64,000 nucleotides of DNA, from the NCBI RefSeq assembly GCF_006345805.1, contig NC_043014.1, forward strand, positions 39,122,001-39,186,000, given 5' to 3'. The position numbers were made by a program, and so were the translations under genes. This DNA is from Octopus sinensis (Eukaryota). The notes under the pieces are model-generated. The model saw only the letters and a list, made by a program, of their open reading frames with translations. It searched no databases and was not told the origin of the DNA. Positions 12,330 through 24,904 of this stretch are shown here, piece after piece (the first letter of the stretch is position 1; every line of letters starts with the position of its first letter).

Positions 12330-13017
12330 GGTACTACTTAAGAAGAGTGGTCCCGGTGCGCGCACTCGCGTGCTCGCGGATCCGCGCTAGCTAGTCGTGA
12401 CTAATCGATCCTACAACGACTACCTATCTATCTATCTATCCGCTCAGTCGAAGTCGACTCTCGGTTACTCGATGGATCAGTGTCCTCCAGTCAGTTCTAT
12501 CCTGGGCCGCTTCTTTCAGATTGGCTATGTCCATTCCGGTATCACTCATGATGGTGTCAAGCCAGCGGGTTCTTGGTCGGCCTCTTCCTCTCTTGCCACT
12601 GACCATTCCGAGCATGATGTCCTTCTCCAGGGATTTTCTCCGCATAGTATGACCGAAATATGCCAATCTATGCTTGGTGATCCTAGCTTCTAGCGACAGC
12701 TTCGGCCTGATCTGCTTAAGAACTTCTCCATTGATGAGCCTCGCTGTCCATGGAATCCGTAAAAGACAACGACTACCTAGCAAAAAAAAAAATACTTATT
12801 TTGTGTTTTATTTACTTTACAACGACTACCTAGCAATGTAAATAAAACACAAAATAAATAATGTTTATACTCAAAGTACATAATTTTTTTAAAACAAAGT
12901 AAATAAAACACAAATTAATTATTTTTTTTAAAAACAAAGTAAATAAAAAAAAACACAAAGTAAGGATCGACTAGTCACGACAAGCTAGCACGGATGCACG
13001 AGTTCTTGAGTAGTACC
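12330..13017. mobile_element. Unclassified CpG-rich foldback element, host of the RTE insertion
   Basis: 40-bp imperfect inverted repeats 12373-12412 / 12963-13002 plus outer ggtactacttaagaa / ttcttgagtagtacc. Confidence 0.55.
12427..12765 (-). mobile_element. 5'-truncated RTE (BovB-like) LINE, reading frame intact
   Basis: CLLRIPWTAR..RLAYFGHTMRR..GKRGRGRPRTRWLD..AQDRTDWR; (GATA)n tail; TSD tacaacgactaccta 12412-12426 / 12818-12832. Confidence 0.9.
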
Positions 13018-13460
13018 CACTTATACATTATCTTCGATGAGAGAGTCCGTCATATACGTACATACCCACGAACATACGTACGTATGTACGCAGGTACGTT
13101 TGCACGTGAGTACGTACATACGTACATGTGTACCCATGTACGTACATCTTGTGGTCCGTGTGTGGAATAACTTGTCGGTCCCTTGCAGGTTTTGGGAGTG
13201 AAATGAGTTTAAGAGGCGCTCTTACTTCGACATGAGTTGACTTTTACTAATGCATGCATGTATGTATGTAGGCATGTATCAATATGTATGTATGTATGTA
13301 TGTACGCATGCACGAACGCACACACGTAGTATGTACTCATGTACCTGTGTACGTGTGTGTGTGTGTACCTGTGTTTAGAGATCATGTAATGGTTGTAAAC
13401 GAGCATCACCATCATATAAGCGAGATTATTCATTTCTAGCCTTCTCTGAATAACCATGCA

Positions 13461-13872
13461 GGATCTTTTCGGTTTGAACGGCAGTTTTTTTTAAATAATT
13501 TCCACGTAACTAAACACTTTTAAACTTCGTATACTGGTAGAATGTGTTTATAAAACATCTTTTTCTCTTGGCTTTATTGAGAAAATTCTATAGTTTGTAA
13601 GATATTTGTTGTTGTTTTTCTTCAATTTCTGCAATTTCAACCAATCACTGACGTTTATTGAGATAAAAAACATTCTGTGTCGTATGAATATGTCCCTCGT
13701 TTAAGAAACAGATTGGGTTTATTTACATTTGTGAAGAAAAAAGATACCCTTCCCCCCACCCCTAACCCTAAAACAGATTGAAATGCAATAGATCGATACT
13801 AGGGTTATAATTATAGGTGACAATTTCATATGACACCGCTAGAAAAAAATGCCGTTCAAATCGAAAAGATCC
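13461..13872. mobile_element. GGATC-TIR MITE (Merlin-like)
   Basis: Both TIRs; 8-bp TSD accatgca/accatgcg. Confidence 0.85.
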
Positions 13873-14129
13873 ACCATGCGTAGCTATGGAAAAACTTTAT
13901 CGTGCTTGAAAAAAAGATGAGTGTTGGTGACTGGAAAGGTTTCCAACCCTAAAAGAATCTGCTTCAGTAAATTCCATCTGAACCATGCAAGCATAGAATA
14001 GTGGATGCTAAAGGAGGAGGAGGAGAATATAAATGCTCGTTTAAAAAAGCCAGCTTTAATAGCAAAACTTTGAAGTAAACAGTCTCTATAAATATTTAAA
14101 TTATTAGTAAATATATATATATATATTTA

Positions 14130-14500
<371 letters not shown>

Positions 14501-14989
14501 TCATCATTTTTTCTCCTTTTCCATGTTGTGATGAGTTGGCTGAATCATCATGTACTGAATCAGCTTAGTTTCTGCAGCTTGATGTCTTTCCTGTCACCAA
14601 TCACATCACAGACTGTACTCAGAGTATTTCATTGTGGTATCAGTATAGTGAATGAGCAACCATTCTCTATCTTGATCAATGTTACTCAACCACTTTTTAC
14701 CTTTGGACCCCTTTGATTCCTATTTTATTCAGATGAACCCTCATAGGTATTCAATATTTTTAAAAAATCCTATTACCATATTTTTATAATTAAATATTAC
14801 TCGCAATTGTATAAAAAATACTGTTAGAATATTTTATGTATTGTAGAAGTATTTGTAATTTATTGCACATAAATTTTAGCAACAAAATCTTATATAGACC
14901 ACCGGCAGCCATATGGACCCTGTTTGAAAACCACTGATGTAGATAGAGTAAAGCAGTCTCTTTAACACTTGATCAAACTATGTACAGTC

Positions 14990-15024
<35 letters not shown>

Positions 15025-15185
15025 AACCAACGTGTAGATATACAAACATAATTTTCTATGAAAACCTATCTGACCCTGCAGAAATATTACTTTTTACTTG
15101 GAAAGCAGGTGAAGGGGTTTGTGACAGGAAGAGTATCAAGCTTTAGAAAATCCATCTCAACAAATTCCAACTCGAGTAGACATTA

Positions 15186-15432
15186 AAATGATGATGATGA
15201 TGATGATGATGATGGTGGCGTTGGTGGTGGTGGTGGTGGTGGTGGTGGTGGTAATGGTTTGGTGGTGGTGGTGGTGATAGTGATGATGGTGATGATGATT
15301 ATGATGGTGGTGGGGGTAATGGTTTGGTGGTGGTGGTGATAGTGATGATGGTGATGATGATGGTGGTGGTGGTGGTGGTAATGGTTTGGTGGTGGTGGTG
15401 GTGGTGGTGGTGATAGTGATGATGGTGATGAT

Positions 15433-15464
<32 letters not shown>

Positions 15465-15515
15465 CGATGACGACGACGACGATGACGACGACGACGATGA
15501 CAACGACGACGATGT
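15186..15515. repeat. Compound (GAT)/(GGT)/(GAC) tract with internal block duplication
   Basis: taatggtttggtggtgg block occurs three times. Confidence 0.9.
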
Positions 15516-15841
15516 TTGATGATAAGAATGACAGAAGATAACCAACACACTCAGAATGGTGCCTCTATTTTATCTAAATTAAGATATACTGGCAGGAGTC
15601 CTATACTAATATAATATAGTTTATGTATTCGAATATCTTAATGTCTATAGCAGACAGATTTCAAACGCAGGATATTTGGGTCAGTAGTCTGTTACATTAA
15701 CCATTTAGCTACTGCATCTTGACATTGCGAGTTATGTAGTTTATTTGAGAATGCAAATAAATACAATGGAACTAAAAAATATTTTCTTTTTGTACCCAGA
15801 AATCAACAAAATACTTTTTTTTTTTTTACTCAAGAATAATG

Positions 15842-16256
15842 GGATCTTTTCGGTTTGACCGGCAGTTTTTAAAAGTAATTTCCACGTAACTAAACACTTT
15901 TAAACTTCGTATACTGGTAGAATGTGTTTATAAAACATCTTTTTCTCTTGGTTTTATTGAGAAAATTCTATGGTTTGTAAGATATTTGTTTTTTTTTTCT
16001 TCAATTTCTGCAATTTCAACCAATCAATGACGTCTATTGAGGTGAAAACATTCTGTGCCGTATGAATATGTCTCCCGTTTAAGAAACAGATTGAGTTTAT
16101 TTACATTTCTGAAGGAAAAAAGATACCCTTACCCCACCCCTAACCCTAACCCTAAAACAGATTGAAAAGCAATAGATCGATACTAGGGTCATAATTATGG
16201 GTGACAATTTCATATGACATCGCTAGAAAAAACTGCCGTTCAAACCGAAAAGATTC
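15842..16256. mobile_element. GGATC-TIR MITE (Merlin-like)
   Basis: Both TIRs; perfect 8-bp TSD gaataatg. Confidence 0.85.
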
Positions 16257-16901
16257 GAATAATGCTAATTCAACCCCAATTTTAGCCGTAGTATTTTGTA
16301 TTAAATTCCTCGTATTATATACAAACAAATAAATGCAGTAGACTGTGCGTGTGCGTGTGAGTGAGAGAGAAAGATAGAGAGACTTTACAGGCAATGACAA
16401 AATTAATACATAGTAAGGGAGGTAACTCCCTTTTCTCGTTTACACATTTTCTACTATACGAATTATGAAAGCTACTTTACACGTGGGATATCAAAATTTT
16501 TAATGTTTTTAATTTACTATAACACGGTTCAGTGTTCAGATTAAGCAAGGCTTGATCTATTAAAATATATTTCTTTAGTATAGGCTGCAGTCAGTTTAAG
16601 TGAATTTTGTTTATTGGACAAGGGAAACGCAGACACAAAGACACACACAGATACGTACACACACACACACACACACACACGCACGCACACATCTTCCACA
16701 GTTTGCCTCTTTCAAATTCACTCACTAGGCATTGATCAGCCCAGGACTGTAGTAATAGACACTTATCCCAAAACAATATGGCTGCAGGCTCCTTAAACAT
16801 GCAGCCATGCCTGTACCTATTCATACGAAATTGCTGGACTTTATTTACCAAATTTAAACATTATCCCTAATTCTTAATGTCTCAATTCCCCTAGTTTTCA
16901 G

Positions 16902-17002
16902 AAATATGCACCCTAACTTTTATGAATGTTACAAGCAGGACCTATGAGGTTGACATCAGCCAGTGTATTAGTTTGGAACCTGAAGGACTAAGAATAGGCC
17001 AT
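16902..17002 (+). CDS. Candidate exon E3 (ICTLTFMNVTSRTYEVDISQCISLEPEGLRIGH)
   Basis: ttttcag acceptor, gtaagt donor; the only open frame is phase 1 to 0, matching E2. Confidence 0.5.
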
Positions 17003-17081
17003 GTAAGTTTCTGACATGATTTGGAGGCCCCCAGATATCTCCCCAGTTAGAGCCTAAAGACAACCTCATTTCACCTTACAG

Positions 17082-17170
17082 AATTTTTGTTGGAGGCCCT
17101 GCTTACAACTGATGAACATTCTATGCAATATATACAGTTTCATCCCTCTCTTTTATGGGTTGATTTTGCA
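17082..17170 (+). CDS. Candidate exon E4 (NFCWRPCLQLMNILCNIYSFIPLFYGLIL)
   Basis: ccttacag acceptor, gtaaat donor, phase 0 to 2; 79-nt intron from E3; two frames are open, so ambiguous. Confidence 0.3.
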
Positions 17171-17182
17171 GTAAATTTCTCC

Positions 17183-17590
17183 AGGAGTGGCTGTGTGGTA
17201 AGTAGCTTGCTTACCAACCACATGGTTCCGGGTTCATTCCCACTGCGTGGCACCTTGGGCAAGTGTCTTCTACTATAGCCTCGGGCCAACCAAAGCCTTG
17301 TGAGTGGATTTAGTAGACGGAAACTGAAAGAAGCCCGTCGTATATATGTATATATATGTATGTGTGTGTATATGTTTGTGCATCAATGTTTGTCTCCTCC
17401 CCCCAACATCGCCTGACAACCGATGCTGGGTGTGTTTACATCCCCGTAACTTAGCGGTTCGGCATAAGAGACTGATAGAATAAGTACTAGGCTTACAAAG
17501 AATAAGTCCTGGGGTCGATTTGCTCAACTAAAGGTAGTGCTCCAGCATGGCCGCAGTCAAATGACTGAAACAAGTAAAGAAAGAAAGAAA
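17183..17590 (+). mobile_element. SINE family B, full length
   Basis: aggagtggctgtgtggtaag head with B-box-like gggttcattccc, internal (TA/TG) tract, ends tgactgaaacaagtaaag. Confidence 0.9.
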
Positions 17591-17799
17591 GGATTTCTAA
17601 AGTGATATATCAAATATCATCATCGTTGTTTTAATGTCTGCCCTTCCTGTTGCCAAACCCCACCTGTTTTCAGATAAGGTAATATTTCCCCATGGCCGGA
17701 AATGTTTTTTTTTTTTTTAAGCAGACTGGAAATGAACAACATCATTGGTATGAAGACATGTGGCTTTGTGGTTAAAGTATTCAGCTCATGTTCATAAGG

Positions 17800-18497
17800 T
17801 CATTCTGAAGCCTTACTTCTCTGGGCATAGATACATTGAAACTCTGACGTCTGGCAGCTGACTTCGCAGACACCCATAAAATTATTAACCATCTTACAAA
17901 CAATAACTCTGAGCACCTTTTCAAACTCCACCCATCTAACACCCGTGGACATATTTACAAAGTCAGAAAACAGCACAGCTCCCATGACTTTAGGAAACAT
18001 TTTTTCACGCTAAGAGTTGCTGAAGTATGGAACAAACTGCCGGCATCAGTTGTTAGTTGTCGGAGCACTGCATCCTTCAAAACTTCCATGCTTCCTTGCC
18101 CATAAAATTATCAACCATCGTACAAGCAATAACTCTGAGCACCTTTTCAAACTCCACCCGTCTAACACCTGTGGACATATTTACAAAGTCAGAAAACAGC
18201 ACAGCTCCCATGACTTTAGGAAACATTTTTTCACGCTAAGAGTTGCTGAAGTATGGAACAAACTGCCGGCATCAGTTGTTAGTTGTCGGAGCACTGCATC
18301 CTTCAAAACCTCCATGCTTCCTGAGATTCGCCAACACTACACCTGATTTTCTCCCTTCCATACACACACAAGCATATATCTGACTCATACACTGTTCACT
18401 CCCCAGACATTTGTACATTACTGCATATGCTTTATATGCACTTTTGACAAGTTGTGGTGCACCCAAGCACTGTATACAATAATTTCATTATTATTAT
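17800..18497 (+). mobile_element. CR1 3' fragment with the same internal duplication as 8952-9669
   Basis: Identical junction ccatgcttcct/tgcccataaaattatcaaccatcgtaca. Confidence 0.85.
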
Positions 18498-18765
18498 TTT
18501 TAAGGGCATGTGTATCTGTGGAGTGCTCAGCCACTTGCACATTAATTTCATGAGCTGGCTTGATCTATTGACTGTATTACATGGAACACTTGTTGTTGTA
18601 GCCGAATATAGTACCATTGGACTTGTGTGTGACAGTGAAGCTTATTTACGATCATCGTGTGTTTTCATGAAAGATTGGAAACAAAGGACACTGCTTGTAA
18701 GACAGTGATACTTGTTTACAACTATCATGCAATACCAAGATGAAGAAGCAGAAACATGTACAAGC

Positions 18766-19001
18766 ACACACACACACACACACACACACAAACATACACA
18801 CAAACACACACACACAAACATACACAAACACACACACACAAACACAACACACACACACACACTCACACATACACACAAACACACAGTCACGCAAACACAC
18901 GCACACGCAACACACACACACAACAAACACAACACACACACACACACACAAACATACACATGCAAACACACACAAGTACACACACAAACCTACACATGCA
19001 A

Positions 19002-19034
<33 letters not shown>

Positions 19035-19430
19035 CAACACACTCACACATACACACAACACACAGTCACGCAAACACACGCACACGCAAAAACACACACA
19101 CACAACACACACACACACACACACAAACATACACATGCAAACACACACAAGTACACACACAAACATACACATGCAAACACACACACACAAACATACACAA
19201 ACACACACACACACCACACACACACACACACACACCAAACACACACACACAAACACACACCACACACACACACACACACCACACACACACACACACCACA
19301 CACAAACACACATGCAAACACACACAAGTACACACACAAACATACACATGCAAACACACACACACACAAACACACACAGAAACACACACACACACACACA
19401 CACAAACATAAACACACACACACACACACA
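18766..19430. repeat. Complex (CA)n satellite with higher-order blocks
   Basis: Recurring aaacatacacatgcaaacacacacaagtac blocks. Confidence 0.9.
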
Positions 19431-19474
19431 TGCATGCAAATTCTTATTTAAACCTATCATTATAAGTACATTAG

Positions 19475-19596
19475 GCTATGTACCTATATATTTACACCAA
19501 AACCTAGAAACACTACGTTTTGTGAAGAAAGAGCAAAAAAAGAAAAACTGATGCAGATTCTCCAATTCCAATCTATTAGTGGTACAGTGAAAATTT
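19475..19596 (+). CDS. Candidate exon E6 (LCTYIFTPKPRNTTFCEERAKKEKLMQILQFQSISGTVKI)
   Basis: cattag acceptor, gtaaga donor, phase 2 to 1, 122 nt open. Confidence 0.35.
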
Positions 19597-19790
19597 GTAA
19601 GATATTCCAAAGATTCTCCATTTGAGATTTTTTTAGGTGAATAGATGCACACACTTGGATGTATGCATTGGCAGTTCAACCAACACACCAACTGAACATC
19701 ATATTTAAAACTCTAGGAATTCTCTTGACACAATAATGTCTTGTTGCTTTGTTAGCAACCAGCTTGAACTCTCTTAATTATTTTTATTTA

Positions 19791-20093
19791 TGCGCCCTTT
19801 TCAAGCCTAGCCAGGCTCATGGGCCCGGTTTCCCGGTTTCTATGGTATATGTGTTCCCTCCAGCTGGACGGGACGCCAGTCCATCGCACCATTACTCAAG
19901 AAACAGGAAGAAAGAGTGAGAGAAAGTTGGGGCGAAAGAGTACAACAGGGGTCACCACCACCCCCTTTCAGAATCTCGTGGGCTTTAGGTGTTTTTGCTC
20001 AATAAACACACACAACGCCTGGTCTGGGAATCGAAACCACAATCCTCCGACCACAAGTCCACTGCCCTAACCACTAGGCCATTGCACCTCCAC
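19791..20093 (-). mobile_element. SINE family C
   Basis: Reverse complement of family C head and tail. Confidence 0.85.
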
Positions 20094-20367
20094 AAACTCT
20101 CTTAAGAAGAACCTAAAATAAAACTCAAAGAAAAATCATTAATGCATACATTTGCATGCATACATTCATTCAACAGGCTTCTTTCTGTTTCCATCTACCA
20201 AATCTACTCACAAGGCTTTAGTCAACCCCCAGCACTATAGCCGAAGACACTTACCCAAAATATTTTTTTATCACCCTGAACTATATTTCCAATTTTGAGA
20301 GTTGCTACTGATACAACATTTCAATTGGTTTGCTCTCCAGTCATCTTCAGGTAAAACACTCTGAACT

Positions 20368-20591
20368 GAAGGCGGTGAGCTGGCAGAAATGTTAGCACAC
20401 CAGGCAAAATGCTTAGCGGTATTTCATCTGTCTCTACGTTCTGAGTTCAAATTCTGCTGAGGTCAACTTTGCCTTTCATTTTTTCGGGGTTGATAAATTA
20501 AGTACCAGTTGCGTACTTGAATCAATCTAATCAACAGGCTCCCTCCCCCCCCCAAAAAAAATTTCAGGCCTTGTGTCTAGAGTAGAAAAGA
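20368..20591 (+). mobile_element. SINE family A
   Basis: gaaggcggtgagctggcagaaatgttagc head. Confidence 0.8.
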
Positions 20592-20717
20592 ACACTCTCT
20601 AAACTGGTCAAGACATTGTGTTAGCAACACATCCAAGATGAAGGAAACAGTTAGCAAAACAAACACCAGATCATAAGGATAAAATTCATGTTAAGAAATC
20701 AAGTCAGAAATATACAA

Positions 20718-21190
20718 GGCACCGATGCCAGTGACACATAAAAGGCACTCGTACTGGTGACATGTAAAGGCTCCTGTGTCACTGACATGTTTAGAGGTAC
20801 CTGTGCTGGTGACACATTAAGGGCATCTGTGCCAGTGATGTGTAAAAGACATCCAGTACACCCTGAGGAGCAGTTGGTGTTAGGAAGGGTTCAAATTCTG
20901 CTGAGGTCAACTTTGCCTTTCATCCTTTCGGGGTCGATAAATTAAGTACCAGTTATGCACTGGGGTCGATGTAATTGACTTACTATTTATGTCTGTCCTT
21001 GATTGTCCCCTCTATGTTTAGCCCCTTGTGGGTAATAAAGAAATAGGTATTAGGAAGGGCATCCAGCTATAGAAACCAAGCCAAAACAAGACTGGAGCCT
21101 GGTGCTGCTCTCTGATTTACCAGTTCAAGTCAAACTGTCTAACCCATGACAGCACTGAAAATGGATACTAAATGATGATGATGATGATGA
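20718..21190 (+). mobile_element. Retroposon family D with a nested family A fragment (20890-21049)
   Basis: Nested piece flanked by direct repeat ttaggaaggg; (GAT)n tail. Confidence 0.75.
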
Positions 21191-21930
21191 GTACAGCATC
21201 ACCATGGGAGGCTTTATTGGCAGCTGGCTGATGATGTAAAAGGGTGGATGCAAATTCAACCTATACACCACCTGCTGAGAACCCTCCCCTGAGAACCCTT
21301 CCCCACCAGCCACCTAAAAGCAATCACAGTGGTGAGTGCTTCTCAAGAAAATCACCAGGGGTCGTTCATTGACCTGTTGCTATAAGGAGGAGAACAGTTC
21401 TCCAAACTGCTGCCATTTCTCCCCTTCTTGAGATTGCTTTTCACTTTAGCAGCCAGATCGTCTTCATGTCATACATACCCAGCCATAATTCCAGAAACAT
21501 CTCACATTATGAATAATTTAGGGAATTATATTTGCATTGCAATATACTTAAAACATAATTGTGTGTGTGTGTGAGCACATGTGTGTATGTGTGTGTGTGA
21601 AACTATAAGTGTATAACTAATACATTGTGTTAGAATGTACACGCATTTTATACTCACTACATTTTTGGCGTTCTCTTGTTTTCAGATTTTTATTGTTTTA
21701 ATATTATTAGCCCCGCCTTAGTGAAGGTAGAGGTATTGTTTTCAGTCATGTTTGTTTGTTTGTTGGTTGGTTTGTCCATGGACAAAATATCTCAAGAACT
21801 GCGGGATGGATTCAGGATGAAACTTTCAGGAATGTTTGGTCTGGTGACTAGCACCAACTGATTAGATTTTGGGATCGATCTGGTACCGGACAAGGATTCT
21901 GGATTATTTATATTTACTTTACTTTACATG

Positions 21931-22228
21931 GAATTATGGAGATGTACTCGCATAGCAAGTGATTTGATCTGAGATCGTGTGCTGAAACGAAAACAATTGC
22001 AGCGTGGAAGGTGTTTATAAGCCATTTAAAGAAACACACAAAAGCTGTTCGATTCACTTCAACATTTAAATTTAATTTGTCAAAATATTTTCGTCGCTTT
22101 AAGATCGCGACGTGTTCACTGACAAAAATCCGTGATGCAGCAAATTAAACTTAAATGTCGAAGTGAATCGAATGGCTTTTGTGTGTTTCTTAAATGGCTT
22201 ACAAACACCTTCCATGCTGCAATTGTTT
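21931..22228. mobile_element. Palindromic insertion with 88-bp arms
   Basis: Arms 21991-22079 / 22141-22228; flanked by direct repeat tttactttacatg. Confidence 0.7.
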
Positions 22229-22252
22229 ACTTTACATGATTACGATCTTAGA

Positions 22253-22630
22253 TTAACTTTTAGTAGTTATAGAGTCGGGTGTCAGAGGTGATGGAGATGG
22301 AACATTTTGATCTTCGACAGTAAAGATGCCTGCATAGCATCCAGCAATGATTTCTGCACATTCTTTGGGATTGTCAGTAATCTGCCCTGTGTGGGAATTG
22401 CGAAGGGGACCAACTGGAGAGTGAGGTCTCTGCTTTGAATGTACATACTTCCAGAACACTTTGCTATCAAGGTTGGTTGCTATGCACTGTTCAAATTCAA
22501 GCACTGCTTTTTTTGTCACCTGCTTGAGATGGTTGGATAATCTATTGCGCTTTGTCCTGTTGATCTCTGATTTGTGCATTTCGTATTCCTGTTCAGCATT
22601 ACGGCATTCTTTCCTGGCAGTCTCCCCAAA
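22253..22630 (-). mobile_element. CR1 ORF2 internal fragment (endonuclease-RT linker)
   Basis: FEQCIATNLDSKVFWKYVHSK..VGPLR..ITDNPKECAEII...IFTVED. Confidence 0.75.
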
Positions 22631-22833
22631 TTGCCAACACTACACCTGATTTTCTCCCCTCCATACACATGCAAGCATGTATCTGACTCATACACTGTTC
22701 ACTTCCAAGATATTTGTACATTACTGCATATGCTTTATATGCACTTTTGACAAGTTGTGGTGCACCTGAACACTGTATACAATTATTTCATTATTATTAT
22801 TATTATTATTATTACTATTATTATTATTATTAT
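22631..22833 (+). mobile_element. CR1 3' end with (ATT)n tail
   Basis: gccaacactacacctgattttc...tgtatacaattatttcattattatt. Confidence 0.85.
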
Positions 22834-23424
22834 CAGAGCTCATAACAATTTTTTTTTGCATTTTGTACTTTTATTAGCATTCACATAATGGATTTAATTA
22901 GTTCCTCCAATAGATCGGCATCTCAAACAAGAACCACTACTTGTATTATGAGCTGTCAGTAACCAAGTCAGACTAATAAGTTCTTACCTTTTGTACTTAA
23001 ATAAACAGAAATTATAAATATTGATATATAGCTAGTTCCTTATACAGTGAATGATCATTTGAAAGTCTTCTTACATTTTATTATTATTATTTTAAGTTTT
23101 TCTCAGTTAACTCCCTTTAGGCTGTAACTACATTTTGAATTGGTGCATTTAATTTAGGCTTGTATTAGATAAAGATAAACTATTTATTAGTGTTACTAAA
23201 TTTTCTACTACAACTTTCACATTCCATGACTACCATTGGGATTGACCTGGCACTGGACAAAGATTCTGGATTATTTTTCCTGTTTTTCTACTTAATTTTT
23301 GAGAGCAGTCGAGTTTATTTCAGATATTCGCATTTTAAAAATCATCTCTAGCTAATTGTTGAGAGGATGTTGGTGTTGCCTTAGCGGAGGTTTTTGCTCT
23401 CTGAGTGCTCTACTTTCCTTTTTG

Positions 23425-23850
23425 GCCAAGGTCTCATCAACTTTTTCAAGTTTCACTTGAAAAGGAAGATGAAAGTAGAGAGGGAAGTGATGTCTGGTAG
23501 CAAATTCAATGAAAGGTGGGTGAATGTCGCAAGAATGGCCAGTATGAACGGACCAATTCTGAGGATACACCTGTGAAAATTAAAAGGAAATATAAAAGGA
23601 GAAAGGGGCTCTCTACCCCCCTTTTGACCAGGCTCCCGTGGCTTTTATGGGGTTTTCCATGAGTAACCTTTTGAAGTACCTCCCCCTATTGGGAGTTTTA
23701 ATTGTTACTTATATTTCGTTGTTATCCTGCTTTTGTACACGGACTTTTTCAAACAGACAAAACCCTTTGTAATTTTCATCCCGTATATTGTCCCTTTATG
23801 TTTTAATTGATTTTTGTTAGCCCTTGTGGCCAATAAACGAACGAATTATT
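23425..23850 (+). mobile_element. L1/Tx1-like LINE 3' remnant
   Basis: FFKFHLKRKMKVEREVMSGSKFNERWVNVARMA resembles Tx1 ORF2 C-termini (recalled); 3' UTR ends aataaa(cgaa)n. Confidence 0.5.
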
Positions 23851-23935
23851 ATTATCATTATTTCTATTATTCTATATATTTTTTCTTTCTCACGTTACTT
23901 AAATTTCTCTGTTTTCCATTTCTCCATTGTTTCAG

Positions 23936-24003
23936 CTCCACCCCAAAGGTCAGAACTGTTTTCATGTGCATTTTGCGGGCTGGGTTTTAACCTTGAGGAA
24001 ATG
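23936..24003 (+). CDS. Exon E7, first half of C2HC zinc finger (PPQRSELFSCAFCGLGFNLEEM)
   Basis: Long pyrimidine tract plus ttcag, gtgagt donor, phase 1 to 0; completes a finger with E8. Confidence 0.75.
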
Positions 24004-24120
24004 GTGAGTACATCTATCAGCCTCCTTGTCATCATAATCACCATTTTACTTATTTCAGTTATTGGACCATGGCCCATGCTGGGGTTCCACCTTGAAAGAT
24101 TTAATCAAATGAATTGACAC

Positions 24121-24266
24121 TCGTACTTATCTTTAAAGTCTGGTACTTATTCTATCAGTCTCTTTTGCTGAACTGCTAAATTACAGGGATGTAAACAAAC
24201 CAACACCAGCTGTCAAGCAGTGACAGACAACAAACACAAACACCTACATACACTCCTCCTACACCT

Positions 24267-24309
<43 letters not shown>

Positions 24310-24904
24310 ACAGGCTTCCACACAGTTTTTTGCCTACTAAATTCACTCACAAGGATTGGTCAGCCCAGGACTATAGCAGGAGACATTTGCCAAGGGTATT
24401 GCACAGTGGGACTGAACCTGAAGCCAGGTGGTTCCAAACCATACAGCCATCTCTACACAACTACACAGCCATGGCTCTCTCTACTCTTTTACTTGTTTCA
24501 GTCATCTGACTGCAGCCATGCTGGAGCACCGCCTTTAGTCGAGCAAATCGACCCCAGGGCTTACTCTTTGTAAGCCTAGTACTTATTCTATCAGTCTGTT
24601 TTGCTGAACCACTAAGTTACGAGGACGTAAGCACACCAGCATCGGTTGTCAAGCGATGTTGGTGGGGAGGGACAAACACAGACACACAAATGCACACACA
24701 CACATACATATATACATATACATATATACATATATTATACATATACATATATATATATTTCAGTTTCTGTCTACCAAATCCACTCACAAGGCTTTGGTCG
24801 GCCCGAGGCTATAGTAGAAGACACTTGCCCAAGATGCCATTCAATGGGACTGAACCCGGAACCATGTGGTTGGTAAGCAAGCTACTTACCACACAGCCAC
24901 TCCT
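24121..24904 (-). mobile_element. Two tandem SINE family B copies (about 24121-24475 and 24482-24904)
   Basis: Reverse complement of 17183-17590. Confidence 0.85.

Larger units (their letters stand above)
21704..23414 (+). mobile_element. Helentron/DINE-like non-autonomous element, split by nested insertions
   Basis: 5' ttagccccgccttagtgaaggtagaggtattg..(gttt)n; 3' gccttagcggaggtttttgctctctgagtgctctac; superfamily is inferred. Confidence 0.55.

Noticed and set aside
18642-19551. Long HT/CV-rich ORFs (up to 279 aa), and similar YI-rich ORFs at 5.2, 10.6, 14.1, 38.6 and 43.4-44.1 kb
   Set aside because: Translations of (CA)n/(TA)n microsatellites, open in several frames on both strands.
23430-23515. 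Exon-like segment with good AG/GT signals
   Set aside because: It is better explained as the ORF2 C-terminus of a Tx1-like LINE continuing to a stop and 3' UTR.
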